Notes under the pieces: model-generated
Told to the model about the DNA's origin: nothing
Database searches by the model: none
Seen by the model: only the letters and a program-made list of their open reading frames with translations
From: Anthoceros angustus
Lineage: Eukaryota > Plantae > Anthocerotophyta
NCBI GenBank assembly: GCA_010909165.1
Contig: MU008166.1
Coordinates: 1,736,001 to 1,800,000 of the forward strand
Direction of reading: 5' to 3'
Length of the DNA: 64,000 nt
In this document: one piece after another, positions 25,894 through 36,000 of the stretch
Numbering within the stretch: the first letter of the stretch is position 1
Layout of the letters: the number at the start of each line of letters is the position of its first letter
Position numbers and translations under genes: made by a program

Positions 25894-26696
25894 TCTACAA
25901 GGCGGAAAAGCCAGTGTTATGACACCTCCCTGCATCTCTCCTCCACGCAATCGGCATGCTGCGGTTGAACGAGCAAGTTACAAAGATATCGATCACCAGC
26001 CAGCTGGGTCGGACACTTCCTTGCGGTCCACAAAATATTCTAGGCAGGGCCACACTCCGCTTGCCTTGCCTAGGATATGATTCGTGAGGTTTGAGAAGCC
26101 AAATTTACTGCTAGATGTTTGGAGCAAACAAGGGTGTATTGTACACTTGGACAACTCTTACATTCATGAGACGGAACGCTGGGCAACGGGCCGGCTCAGT
26201 CGTTCTACGTGACATGTGACCACGATCCTGGCGAGGACGCCTTCTTTCTCTGTGGATTCCAGTGATCCCCTTCTTTCTCCGTGGACGCCCTTCTCTCTCG
26301 GAAAATGTAGGCAGCTCCCGTCTCGAAGCCCAAGAATTATGTAGGCTGATTGTCTGGTTTGACGGCGGTAAGTCCCCACGATCAAACGCAGCGTATGGAT
26401 GTGGCCTTTGTACCTTTGTAGCTACGTATGTAAGATGTGCCACGCCAGCATGGACGCATCAAGTCGTGTTTCTCCAGCTGTCCTGTGACAGTTTTACCAT
26501 CAAAGTTCAAGGCATGTACGTACTTTGCAGCACTTATTTCGCGGCGTTGTCAGAATTTGGGCTTCCAGACCCATCTCTGTGTTTTCTTTTTGCTAATGTC
26601 AACATACTTCAAAATCTCCTCCCTTCGGAAGGCAAACACCGGCGCCACAACCTGCAGCTTAGCTTTCGCCATACCCGTGATGGGTCCAGATGTGGC

Positions 26697-29600
26697 TTAT
26701 CCTTCTTTCTTCGTTTTGGAAAACACCTGACACAGCCTTCCATCTAGGCTTGCTTGATGTTGTGGATGCTTCTCATCCCCAACCAAGAAACTGTGCACCA
26801 GTCCTTCCCTGTCAGTCCACCAGCTCTGACCTGGCTGCTTCCATGCCCTGATCCTTTTTCTCCTGGCCTGCATCTTTTGTGCTTGCTGCTGCATCTGAGC
26901 GCTGGTGTATATGTTTGACATCAATACATATGCTGCAGGGTCTTTCTTGTCTAGCTTCACTGCTTCATTGAAGGCATGGAGTCCTACTTCCACGTTGCCC
27001 CACATTCGACAAGCACCCAACAGTGTGTGCCAGATTGCAGCATTGGGCTGTAACGGCATTCTCCTTACTAAACATAGTGCCTCATCCACTTTTCCTGCGC
27101 GGCCCAGGAGATCCACCATGCATGTGTAGTGGTTTTCCATTGGAACTATGCCGTAGTGTCTGCTCATTGCCTCAAAGTGCTCCCGCCCCTCCTTCACCAG
27201 TCCTGTATGACTGCAAACTGTCAGTACACTGAGGAAAGTGATACCGTCTGGTTGCATGCCATCCTGTTTCATTTTCTGGACCAACTCAAAGACCACTTTA
27301 CTGTGTCCTTCACAGGTGTAGCCTGCGATCAGTGCATTCCAGATAACAATGTCTCTTTCAGGTAATTCATCAAACACCTGCTGTGCATCAACCATGCTCC
27401 CAGACTTCCCATACATGTTAATCAAACTGCCAGCTATAAATAAATCAGCTTGGAGCCCCTGTTCTACAATCTGTGTGTGCAACTGTGTCCCCACACACAA
27501 GGCCGCCACATTTGCACATGCCTGCAAGAGGCACACGAAAGTCACGGAATCAGGTACAACCATGCCTTCCTCTTGCATAGCACTGTACAGACGAAGGGCT
27601 TCCTGCCCCATACCCTGCTGGGAATACCCTGATATCAAGGCATTCCACGTTACCACATCTTTCTGACCAAGTGTGGCGAACACTCTCTGAGCATCTTCTA
27701 AGCTGCCACACTTAGCATACATGTTCACTACACTGCTGGCTACAAACACATCAGCTTGAAGTCCTTGTTGTCTGATGTGCGTATGAAGCCACCTTCCCTT
27801 CTCCAATGATGCGGGGCCTACACTTGCACATGCCCGCAGGAGGCACACAAATGTCACGGAATCAGGCACAGCCATGCCTTCTTCTTGCATAGCACTGTAG
27901 AGATGAAGGGCCCCCTGCACCATGCCCTCCTGGGAATACCCTGCTATCATGGCATTCCAAGTCACCACATTTTTCTGACCGATTCCGTGGAACACCCTCT
28001 GTGCATCTTCCAAGCTGCCACATTTTGCGTACATATTCACCAAACTGCTGGCTACAAACACGTCAGCTTCATGTCCTTCTTCTTTGATAAGTGCATGAAG
28101 TTGCTTCCCAGTCCCCAATGCCAGGGTGCCAACACTTGCACATGCCTGCAGGAGGCACACAAATGTCACAGAGTCGGGTACAGCCATGCCTTCTGCTTGC
28201 ATAGCTCTGAAGAGACGAAGGGATTCCTGCCCCATACCCTGCTGGGAATACCCTGATATGATAGCATTCCATGTCACCACATTTTTTTGACCAAGTGTGT
28301 CAAACACTCTTTGCGCATCTTCCAAGCTGCCACACTTTGCATACATATTCACCAAACTGCTGGCTATACACACATCGGTTTCATGTCCTCCTTCTCTGAT
28401 TTGCCTGTGGAGACGCCTTCCCTTCTCCAATGCTGCAGTGCCCACAGTTGCACATGCCTGCAGGAGACACACAAATGTGACAGAACTGGGCACAGCCATG
28501 CCTTCTTCTTGCATAACACTGTAGAGACGAAGGGCCTCCTGTCCCATGCCCTGCTGGGAGTATCCTGCTATCATTGCATTCCAAGTCACCACATTTTTCT
28601 GACCGATTCCGTGGAACACCCTCTGTGCATCTTCCAAGCTGCCACATTTTGCGTACATATTCACCAAACTGCTGGCTACAAACACGTCAGCTTCATGTCC
28701 TTCTTCTTTGATAAGTGCATGAAGTTGCTTCCCAGTCCCCAATGCCAGGGTGCCAACACTTGCACATGCCTGCAGGAGGCACACAAATGTCACAGAGTCG
28801 GGTACAGCCATGCCTTCTGCTTGCATAGCTCTGAAGAGACGAAGGGATTCCTGCCCCATACCCTGCTGGGAATACCCTGATATGATAGCATTCCATGTCA
28901 CCACATTTTTTTGACCAAGTGTGTCAAACACTCTTTGCGCATCTTCCAAGCTGCCACACTTTGCATACATATTCACCAAACTGCTGGCTATACACACATC
29001 GGTTTCATGTCCTCCTTCTCTGATTTGCCTGTGGAGACGCCTTCCCTTCTCCAATGCTGCAGTGCCCACAGTTGCACATGCCTGCAGGAGACACACAAAT
29101 GTGACAGAACTGGGCACAGCCATGCCTTCTTCTTGCATAACACTGTAGAGACGAAGGGCCTCCTGTCCCATGCCCTGCTGGGAGTATCCTGCTATCATTG
29201 CAGTCCACATCACCACAGTTTTCAGCGCAATACCATCAAACACTCTCTGTGCAGCGTCCATGCTGCCACACTTCGCATACATGTTCACCAAACTTTCAGC
29301 TATAAAAAGATCAGCTTGAAGTCCTCGTTCATTGATTCCCACATGAAGCTGCTTCCCTTTCTCCAATGCCAGGTTGCCCACACTTGCACATGCCTGCAAG
29401 AGGCACACAAATGTGACAGAATCCGGTACAACCATGCCATCTCTTTGCATAGCAGCATAGAGACGAAGGGCTTCCTGCCCCATGCCCTGCTGAGAATACC
29501 CTCCAATCATGGCATTCCATGTCACCACATTTTTGTGACCAAGTCTGTCAAACACTTCCTGTCCATCTTCCACGCTGCCACACTTGGCATACATGTTTAC

Positions 29601-31610
29601 CAAACTGCTGGCTACAAACAGATCAGCCTGATGCCCTTGTTCCCTGATCTGCATATGAAGCTGCTTCCCCGTTTCCAACGCTGCCGTCCCCACACTCGCA
29701 CATGCCTGTAGGAGGGACACAAATGTTACGGAATCAGGTGAAGCCATGCCTTCGTCTTGCATCGCACTATACACACGAAGAGCTTCCTGTCCCATGCCCT
29801 GCTGGGAATAACCTGCTATCAAGGCATTCCACGTCACCACATCTTTTGCACTTAGTCCATCAAACACTCTCTGAGCAGATTCCAAGCTGCCGCACTTTGC
29901 ATACATGTTCACCAAACTGCTGACAACAAACAAGTCAGCTTCATGTCCTCGTTCTCTGATTTGAGTATGGAGATGCTTCCCTTTTTCCAATGCAGGGGTG
30001 CCTAAAATTGCGCATGCCTGTAGGAGGCACACAAACGTCACGGAATTGGGGACGGCCATGCCTTCTTCTTGCATAGCACTGTACAGGCAAAGGGCTTCCT
30101 GCCCCATGCCCTGCTGAGAATATCCTGCTATCATTGCAGTCCACGTCAGCACATCCTTTTTCCGAAGTCCATCAAACTCCCTCTGTGCATTTTCCATGCT
30201 GCCACACTTTGCATACATCTTCACCAAACTGTCAGCTATCAGCGCATCAACTTGAAGTTGTCGTTCCTTAATTTGTTCATGAAGCTGCATCCCCTTCTCC
30301 AAGGCCAGTGTTCCGACACTGGCACATGCGTGTAGGAGGCACACAAATGTCACAGCATCAGGTACAACAATTCCTTCTTCTTGCATAGCACTGTACAGAC
30401 CAAGAGCTACACGCCCCATTCCCTGCTGGGAATACCCAGCAATCAAGGCATTCCACGTCACCACATCTTTTTGACAAAGCCCATCAAACACTCCCTGAGC
30501 ATCCTCCAAGCTGCCGCACTTTGCATACATGTTTACCAAACTGTTGGCTACGAGCACATCATCCTGTTGTCTTCTTTCTTTGATTTGTGCATGAAGCTGC
30601 CTCCCTTTTTCCAATGCCAGGGTGCCCACACTAGCACACGCCTGCAAGAGGCACACGAATGTCACCGAATTGGGTACAACAAAGCCCTCCTGTTGCATTG
30701 CAGCGTAGAGAGTAAGGGCTTTCTGACCCATGCCCTGCTGGGAATATCCTGCGATCATTGCAGTCCATGTCACAACGTCTTTCCTCCCAAGTCCATCAAA
30801 CACTCCCTGCGCACTCTCCAAGCTGCCACACTTTGCATACATGTTCACCAAGCCGTTACAGACAAACAAATCTGGCTTGATGCCACTGGCCAACACATCA
30901 GCATGCACCTGCTGCCCAGATTTCAAGTCTAATCCTCTGGCGCAGGCCTGAAGTGCTGCCACAAACACATGACCATCTGGCTTCACACCAGACCCTCGCA
31001 TCCGATGATACAGCTGTAAAGCCTGCCTGTCCTGCCCTTGTCTAACATGTGCAGAGATGATGGAAGACCACATAAAGGCATCTGGTTGGGCAACACCTTC
31101 AAACACATCCATCGCGTCCTGCAGCCTGCCATGAGAAGCATACATCCGCAGGATGTGGTTGCACAAGAACGTGTCCGCCTGGTACCCCGTTCTCACCGTG
31201 AACGCATGCACACGGCTACCCAGAGCAAGATCCTTCTTCACGGCACATTTCTTCAACACAGCATAAAGCAGAGCTTTGGTGACACAACGACCCGTGTGCA
31301 CCAGAAACTCCAAAGCCTCAACAGCCTCAGTGACATGACCCTCATCACATAGGTTGCCCACTGTTTCAGCCGTGACCCCCCCATCGTAAACAACACTCCT
31401 GCCACGGTCCGAATCACGTGCTACCCTCCTGCCACAGGCACCTCCTGCTGGGTGTGCTGCAAAGGTGCTGCTGCACCTCCCGACTTGGTTGTGCGCCAAC
31501 GGTTGCTTCCTGGAAGTCAGGAGGACGGAAGCTCTTACCAAAAGACCCATGCCTTGCAGGAGCACACTCTGAGCTGAGCCTTTGGATGTAAGACGGCAAC
31601 CCCCCGTCAT
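26697..31610 (-). CDS. Giant PLS-class pentatricopeptide repeat protein, E1-E2 plus truncated WW-type DYW (E+), probable organellar RNA-editing specificity factor
   Basis: Intronless 1637-aa ORF with an N-terminal targeting-like extension, 13 S-type MYAKCGS-like motifs at about 104-aa spacing (around 40 PPR motifs), then P2-L2-S2, E1/E2 and KQPGQSWWTD...HSFLVGDEKHPQ, then a stop. No HxE/CxxC deaminase motifs. Confidence 0.95.
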   Translation of the reverse strand: MTGGCRLTSKGSAQSVLLQGMGLLVRASVLLTSRKQPLAHNQVGRCSSTFAAHPAGGACGRRVARDSDRGRSVVYDGGVTAETVGNLCDEGHVTEAVEALEFLVHTGRCVTKALLYAVLKKCAVKKDLALGSRVHAFTVRTGYQADTFLCNHILRMYASHGRLQDAMDVFEGVAQPDAFMWSSIISAHVRQGQDRQALQLYHRMRGSGVKPDGHVFVAALQACARGLDLKSGQQVHADVLASGIKPDLFVCNGLVNMYAKCGSLESAQGVFDGLGRKDVVTWTAMIAGYSQQGMGQKALTLYAAMQQEGFVVPNSVTFVCLLQACASVGTLALEKGRQLHAQIKERRQQDDVLVANSLVNMYAKCGSLEDAQGVFDGLCQKDVVTWNALIAGYSQQGMGRVALGLYSAMQEEGIVVPDAVTFVCLLHACASVGTLALEKGMQLHEQIKERQLQVDALIADSLVKMYAKCGSMENAQREFDGLRKKDVLTWTAMIAGYSQQGMGQEALCLYSAMQEEGMAVPNSVTFVCLLQACAILGTPALEKGKHLHTQIRERGHEADLFVVSSLVNMYAKCGSLESAQRVFDGLSAKDVVTWNALIAGYSQQGMGQEALRVYSAMQDEGMASPDSVTFVSLLQACASVGTAALETGKQLHMQIREQGHQADLFVASSLVNMYAKCGSVEDGQEVFDRLGHKNVVTWNAMIGGYSQQGMGQEALRLYAAMQRDGMVVPDSVTFVCLLQACASVGNLALEKGKQLHVGINERGLQADLFIAESLVNMYAKCGSMDAAQRVFDGIALKTVVMWTAMIAGYSQQGMGQEALRLYSVMQEEGMAVPSSVTFVCLLQACATVGTAALEKGRRLHRQIREGGHETDVCIASSLVNMYAKCGSLEDAQRVFDTLGQKNVVTWNAIISGYSQQGMGQESLRLFRAMQAEGMAVPDSVTFVCLLQACASVGTLALGTGKQLHALIKEEGHEADVFVASSLVNMYAKCGSLEDAQRVFHGIGQKNVVTWNAMIAGYSQQGMGQEALRLYSVMQEEGMAVPSSVTFVCLLQACATVGTAALEKGRRLHRQIREGGHETDVCIASSLVNMYAKCGSLEDAQRVFDTLGQKNVVTWNAIISGYSQQGMGQESLRLFRAMQAEGMAVPDSVTFVCLLQACASVGTLALGTGKQLHALIKEEGHEADVFVASSLVNMYAKCGSLEDAQRVFHGIGQKNVVTWNAMIAGYSQEGMVQGALHLYSAMQEEGMAVPDSVTFVCLLRACASVGPASLEKGRWLHTHIRQQGLQADVFVASSVVNMYAKCGSLEDAQRVFATLGQKDVVTWNALISGYSQQGMGQEALRLYSAMQEEGMVVPDSVTFVCLLQACANVAALCVGTQLHTQIVEQGLQADLFIAGSLINMYGKSGSMVDAQQVFDELPERDIVIWNALIAGYTCEGHSKVVFELVQKMKQDGMQPDGITFLSVLTVCSHTGLVKEGREHFEAMSRHYGIVPMENHYTCMVDLLGRAGKVDEALCLVRRMPLQPNAAIWHTLLGACRMWGNVEVGLHAFNEAVKLDKKDPAAYVLMSNIYTSAQMQQQAQKMQARRKRIRAWKQPGQSWWTDREGLVHSFLVGDEKHPQHQASLDGRLCQVFSKTKKEG
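27952..29202. repeat. 624-bp in-frame tandem duplication within the PPR gene (two PLS triplets)
   Basis: Identical overlapping ORFs at 28069/28693 and 28287/28911; period 624 nt = 208 aa. Confidence 0.92.
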
Positions 31611-32380
31611 TTGTCTCGAACCTCACATTTGTCTCCCTCCTGCAAGGATGTGCTGCTACTAGCACAGCTCCTGCCTGGCTCCACATTTCCCTTCCTGTCT
31701 TCCGAGCCACCAAATTCTAAACACCCCACACAAGACAGCAAATGCACCGATCTGTCTAGCAGCCAACGTACTGGCGCTGCATTAGAGGTTGGACAACCGA
31801 GACACAGAAAAAGATGGGATTTGAGGCATACCTACCCAGTCTCACAAAGGTGCCTCCTGGATTTAATTGGCAGATTTACACACCACGCAAGGCAAAAGTG
31901 AAGACAGCGCGTGGGAGCTCACTGTAGTTTGTCAATACATCTCTGATGAGAGTCTGGAGTCTCACCGCCTGATGGCTCGAGGAACTGGACTAATAAACTA
32001 GACTAAACTGCTAATGCACAGATGTCTTTGCGCCACGTTTCTGGTGTTGTTGGTTAGAGGCTCCCTCCTTACCATTCTCCTTGCTTTTCGGTTGTACACA
32101 TTCTGGGCTGATGGCTCTATTTCTTGTTGGTGTGGCCTCCATGTGGCTGATACCACTTTAGTCTGTTTGGCCACCGTTTATCCGATCCCCTTTCACACCC
32201 CTTCTAACCACTTATCCGTTAGGCAATTATATTTCGATACCTTCGCCTTAGTGGGTATCCTATTCCGTCTCCAGCACCTCTTTCCATAAGTTTTTTTAGT
32301 ACAAGGAGCACTTTCGTGTAATCTCTCTCTAGCTTTCTGCTGCGGGGAAAAACCTACACACTCAGCACTTTTCCTGGTTA

Positions 32381-32621
32381 CAGTATGTGTGTCCAAATGG
32401 CTTAGGCCAAATGGACACACATACTGGAAGAACGTCATAGTTAAGCGCTCTACACTGCAAGCGGGACTGGGATAGGATACCTAGAGAGGAATGCCTCTAG
32501 TCATAGTTAAGCGCTCTAAACTACAAGCGAGACCCGGATGGGGTACCTAGAGAGAAATGCCTCTGGTTATAGTTAAGCGCTCTACATTACAAACGAGATT
32601 CGGATGGGATACCTAGAGAGG
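32381..32621 (+). mobile_element. 5S-rRNA-derived element, copy A: hairpin followed by three 66-bp 5S ICR-like units
   Basis: Hairpin 32381-32426 with 15-bp perfect arms. AGTTAAGCGC occurs at 32439, 32505 and 32571, each followed by a C-box-like GGATRGG..ACCT at the spacing recalled for plant 5S. Confidence 0.65.
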
Positions 32622-32632
32622 AAGAGAGGAAT

Positions 32633-32845
32633 GAAGAAGAAGAAGAAGAATTTTATTTGAGTCCACTAAGGACGGATTTCCGTCATGGGACTTGGTACTT
32701 GACAACTTGTACCATGGTGTGCCTAAGCTACTTGCACCTAGGGCATCCACTCCCTTTAGGCACCCCATCTAAGTACCAATCTAAGCTCAAGATGCTTAAT
32801 CACGGCGTTCTTATAAATGTGTGTCCATTTGGACTAAGCCATTTA
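32633..32845 (-). mobile_element. 5S-rRNA-derived SINE-like element, copy C
   Basis: Minus strand: head ATGGCTTAG.CCAAATGGACAC, 5S-like AGAAC...TTAAGC...GTACTTAGATGGGTG, two stem-loops, AATAAAA and a (TTC)5 tail. Closely similar to 41968-42191. Confidence 0.65.
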
Positions 32846-33077
32846 GTAGCCTAGTTTATTCCATTGAGCAAGTTTGCCTGGAGTACCGAGTCCCATGGCG
32901 GTATGTCCGTCCTGAGTGGACTTCAAATAAATTGTTTGTTTGTTTGTTTGTTTGTTTGTTTGTATAACACTAACACTCTACAAATCTGCGATTCAAACCT
33001 AGGCGAAGCCATGAATGTTAGAAGGACGAGGCCGGCCGTCTTTTGTTTCGTGTCTCTCTTACTTGTCCTTCGTGTCG

Positions 33078-36000
33078 CTATAAGGTTAGGGAGACTTGAT
33101 GGAAGCTATGGTCGAGGGCGAAGCGATGCAAGCCCGCCTTGAGGACGCGAGTGCCGTCGGCGGCGACGGTGCTGAGATGGTGGCACGGGCGAATGGTGAA
33201 GGCGTGGTGCGCCGTGCTGCCTGCGGCGACGTGCAGGCGTTCCAATCCTACCAGCTCCTTCAAGGGCGCGTGGTTGGCGCCCGCGGCGGGCGACCGCGTG
33301 AAGAGCAGCGCGGTGTAGCTCCCGTCCCTGGTTCCATTGTTGCTCACCTGCACGTGCAGCTGGAAGCTAGGCGGCTCTAGATCTGCGTCGGCATCGCCGA
33401 GCCCAGAGCAGCGCAGCAGCCGGGAGCTGGATTTTCGGTGGCCAGGAGCAGCTGCAGCCAGAGTGAAGGTGGCGGGCGAGCGCTCTGGCAAGAAGGCAGG
33501 CTGGAAGGTCTGGCTGTGGTAGCCCTGGATCCCGTGCCCGAAATCGTACACGGTGACGCCGGTGTAGAAGCGGTAAGTCCTGCCGGGGTAGTTGGTTGCC
33601 GGGTCGGGCCGCATGTTCATGTTTGTCATGTCCACAGTTTCCGACAGCTGCTCGGGGTACCAGGTCACGGGGAGTCGCCCACCTGCAGCAGGGCCATGCA
33701 CGGATGTTGGTCCATGGACGGATGGATGGATGGATGTGCATTTGTGCGTGCATGGAGCATGGGAATGGCAGGAAAGATTACTGGGGCTGTGGTGGCCGAA
33801 GAGGATCTCTGCCAGAGCCTGCCCTCCTGACTGGCCGGGGTAGCCCACCCACAGGATGCTCTCGATGCGGGCGTCCTGCTTGGCGAACGTGACGTCCAGC
33901 GGCCCGCCACACATGAGGACCAGCACCACGCGCTTGCCTGCTGCTGCTGCTGCGGTGGCAGAATCCTCCACCAGCTTCTGCTGGTTTGAGGGAAGCAGGA
34001 GGGAGGTCCTGTCCCGATCCTCCGCCTCCCTGCCGCTATCCAAGCCCACCACGACCACTGCCACATCGCTTCGTCCTGCTGTTGCAGCTGCCTTGCTGAT
34101 TCCCGAGTCGTCCGCGCACACCACGTTTGCGCAGCCTGGCGTGAAGGTCACTTGGGCGTACGCTTCCAGGCCCTGCTGCGGGGACACGTACTTGCAAGGA
34201 GCGCCTGCATGCATATGCCAGACACATTAATCGTCCACTACGTCACCCAGGATTTCACACGCTGCAAGGAGCGCGCGGATTGCATTGCAGCTGAGCAAAT
34301 CTTACCATGATAGTTTCCGAGCATTGCGTCTGTGGCGTTGCCGTGTGGGCCGATGAGAGCCACGGATTTGACGCCGGTGAGAGGGAGCAGGTTATTCGAG
34401 TTCTCGAGAAGGACGATGCCTTGCCTGGCTGCATCCAGCGCCAGCTCTTGGTGCTCCAGGTGCAGATGGCCTTAACCCCCAGGTTGCCGTAATCCAGGGT
34501 GGCGGGATCGCCGTCGAACAGTCTCAGCCGCATGCGGGTGGTGAAGAGGCTGCTCAGGGCTCCGTCGATAGTGGACTCATTCACCTTGCCTGTTTCCACC
34601 GCTCCTACGGCGTTCTCTTGGAAGTAGGTGCCGCAGTCAAGATTTAGGCCGGCGTGCAGTGCGGCTGCCACTGTGTCCTCTGGCGTTTGGGTGTAGTTGT
34701 AGCTGTCGTGGATTATCCCAACAGCATTGCAATCAGATACAATGTACCTGCAGGCACAACACACATGTATCAAAACAGACCTGCTTACAGTGACTTGTGT
34801 CATCAGGACTCGGTGTGATGTCCAAGCATGTCACTGGACTATGCAAATGTCAGATAGTCGAATCCACTGGGTCTCAGGAGGTGATACAATAACACGTGCA
34901 GAGCAGACTGTACTCTCACCCACTAAGCCGCCAGTCTTGCGCAACTTTTCCGGTAAGAAGGTTGTAATCTGCACACATGGGGACTCCATTGAGAGAGTTG
35001 TAGGAGCACATGACGCTGGCCGCATGGCCTTCCTCAACGCACCCTTTGAAGGAACATTGTAGGTGTCTTCAAGATCCTGGGCAGTAACCTACAACTCGCA
35101 TGCCCAGCGTACATGAATGTTTCTTCATGCATGTCATGAACCAACTTCAATGCTGTTCAAAGCCTGCATACAATCCTGCTGCACAGAAGTGGCAATCAAA
35201 CGCTTACCACAGCATTGAAGTGGTATCGGGACACGTCCTTCCAATGATCCAAATCATACGCCGTGAAATGCTTACAGCACGCAGACGTCTTGAGATAGTG
35301 GGGTGCTGCCACCTTCTTCCACCCTTTTTCACCCGGCCATGCCGTGAGGGAACTGGGGATCGGAATCAGACGGTTGGTCAAGCCCCTCCCTTGCAGGCCC
35401 GCACGTAGCTTCTGGCATACTGAATTCATACGAGGATCCTCCCAGGCGTCTCCTGCCCTCCTGACTGGCCGGGTAGCCCACCCACAGGATGCTCTCGATG
35501 CGGGCGTCCTGCTTGGCGAACGTGACGTCCAGCGGCCCGCCACACATGAGGACCAGCACCACGCGCTTGCCTGCTGCTGCTGCGGTGGCAGAATCCTCCA
35601 CCAGCTTCTGCTGGTTTGAGGGAAGCAGGAGGGAGGTCCTGTCGATCCTCCGCCTCCCTGCCGCTATCCAAGCCCACCACGACCACTGCCACATCGCTTC
35701 GTCCTGCTGTTGCAGCTGCCTTGCTGATTCCCGAGTCGTCCGCGCACACCACGTTTGCGCAGCCTGGCGTGAAGGTCACTTGGGCGTACGCTTCCAGGCC
35801 CTGCTGCGGGGACACGTACTTGCAAGGAGCGCCTGCATGCATATGCCAGACACATTAATCGTCCACTACGTCACCCAGGATTTCACACGCTGCAAGGAGC
35901 GCGCGGATTGCATTGCAGCTGAGCAAATCTTACCATGATAGTTTCCGAGCATTGCGTCTGTGGCGTTGCCGTGTGGGCCGATGAGAGCCACGGATTTGAC

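Noticed and set aside
26100-26696. Hidden DYW deaminase continuation after the PPR stop codon
   Set aside because: No HxE or CxxC motif in the frames inspected; the faint LRDGSCLHF resemblance is too weak.
26905-31352. Plus-strand ORFs overlapping the PPR gene
   Set aside because: Antisense shadows of the repetitive PPR coding sequence.
31943-31985. Hammerhead ribozyme (CTGATGAG) near the 5S-like elements
   Set aside because: The putative stem II is followed by ACCG, not the required GAAA core.
32381-32845. Cassandra TRIM as the source of the 5S-like sequence
   Set aside because: No TG...CA LTR pair, PBS or PPT is visible, and the copies end in AATAAA-(TTC)n. Not fully excluded without a genome-wide consensus.
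32845-32860. Helitron 3' end (CTAG followed by T)
   Set aside because: No convincing GC-rich subterminal hairpin at the right distance and no matching 5' TC end.
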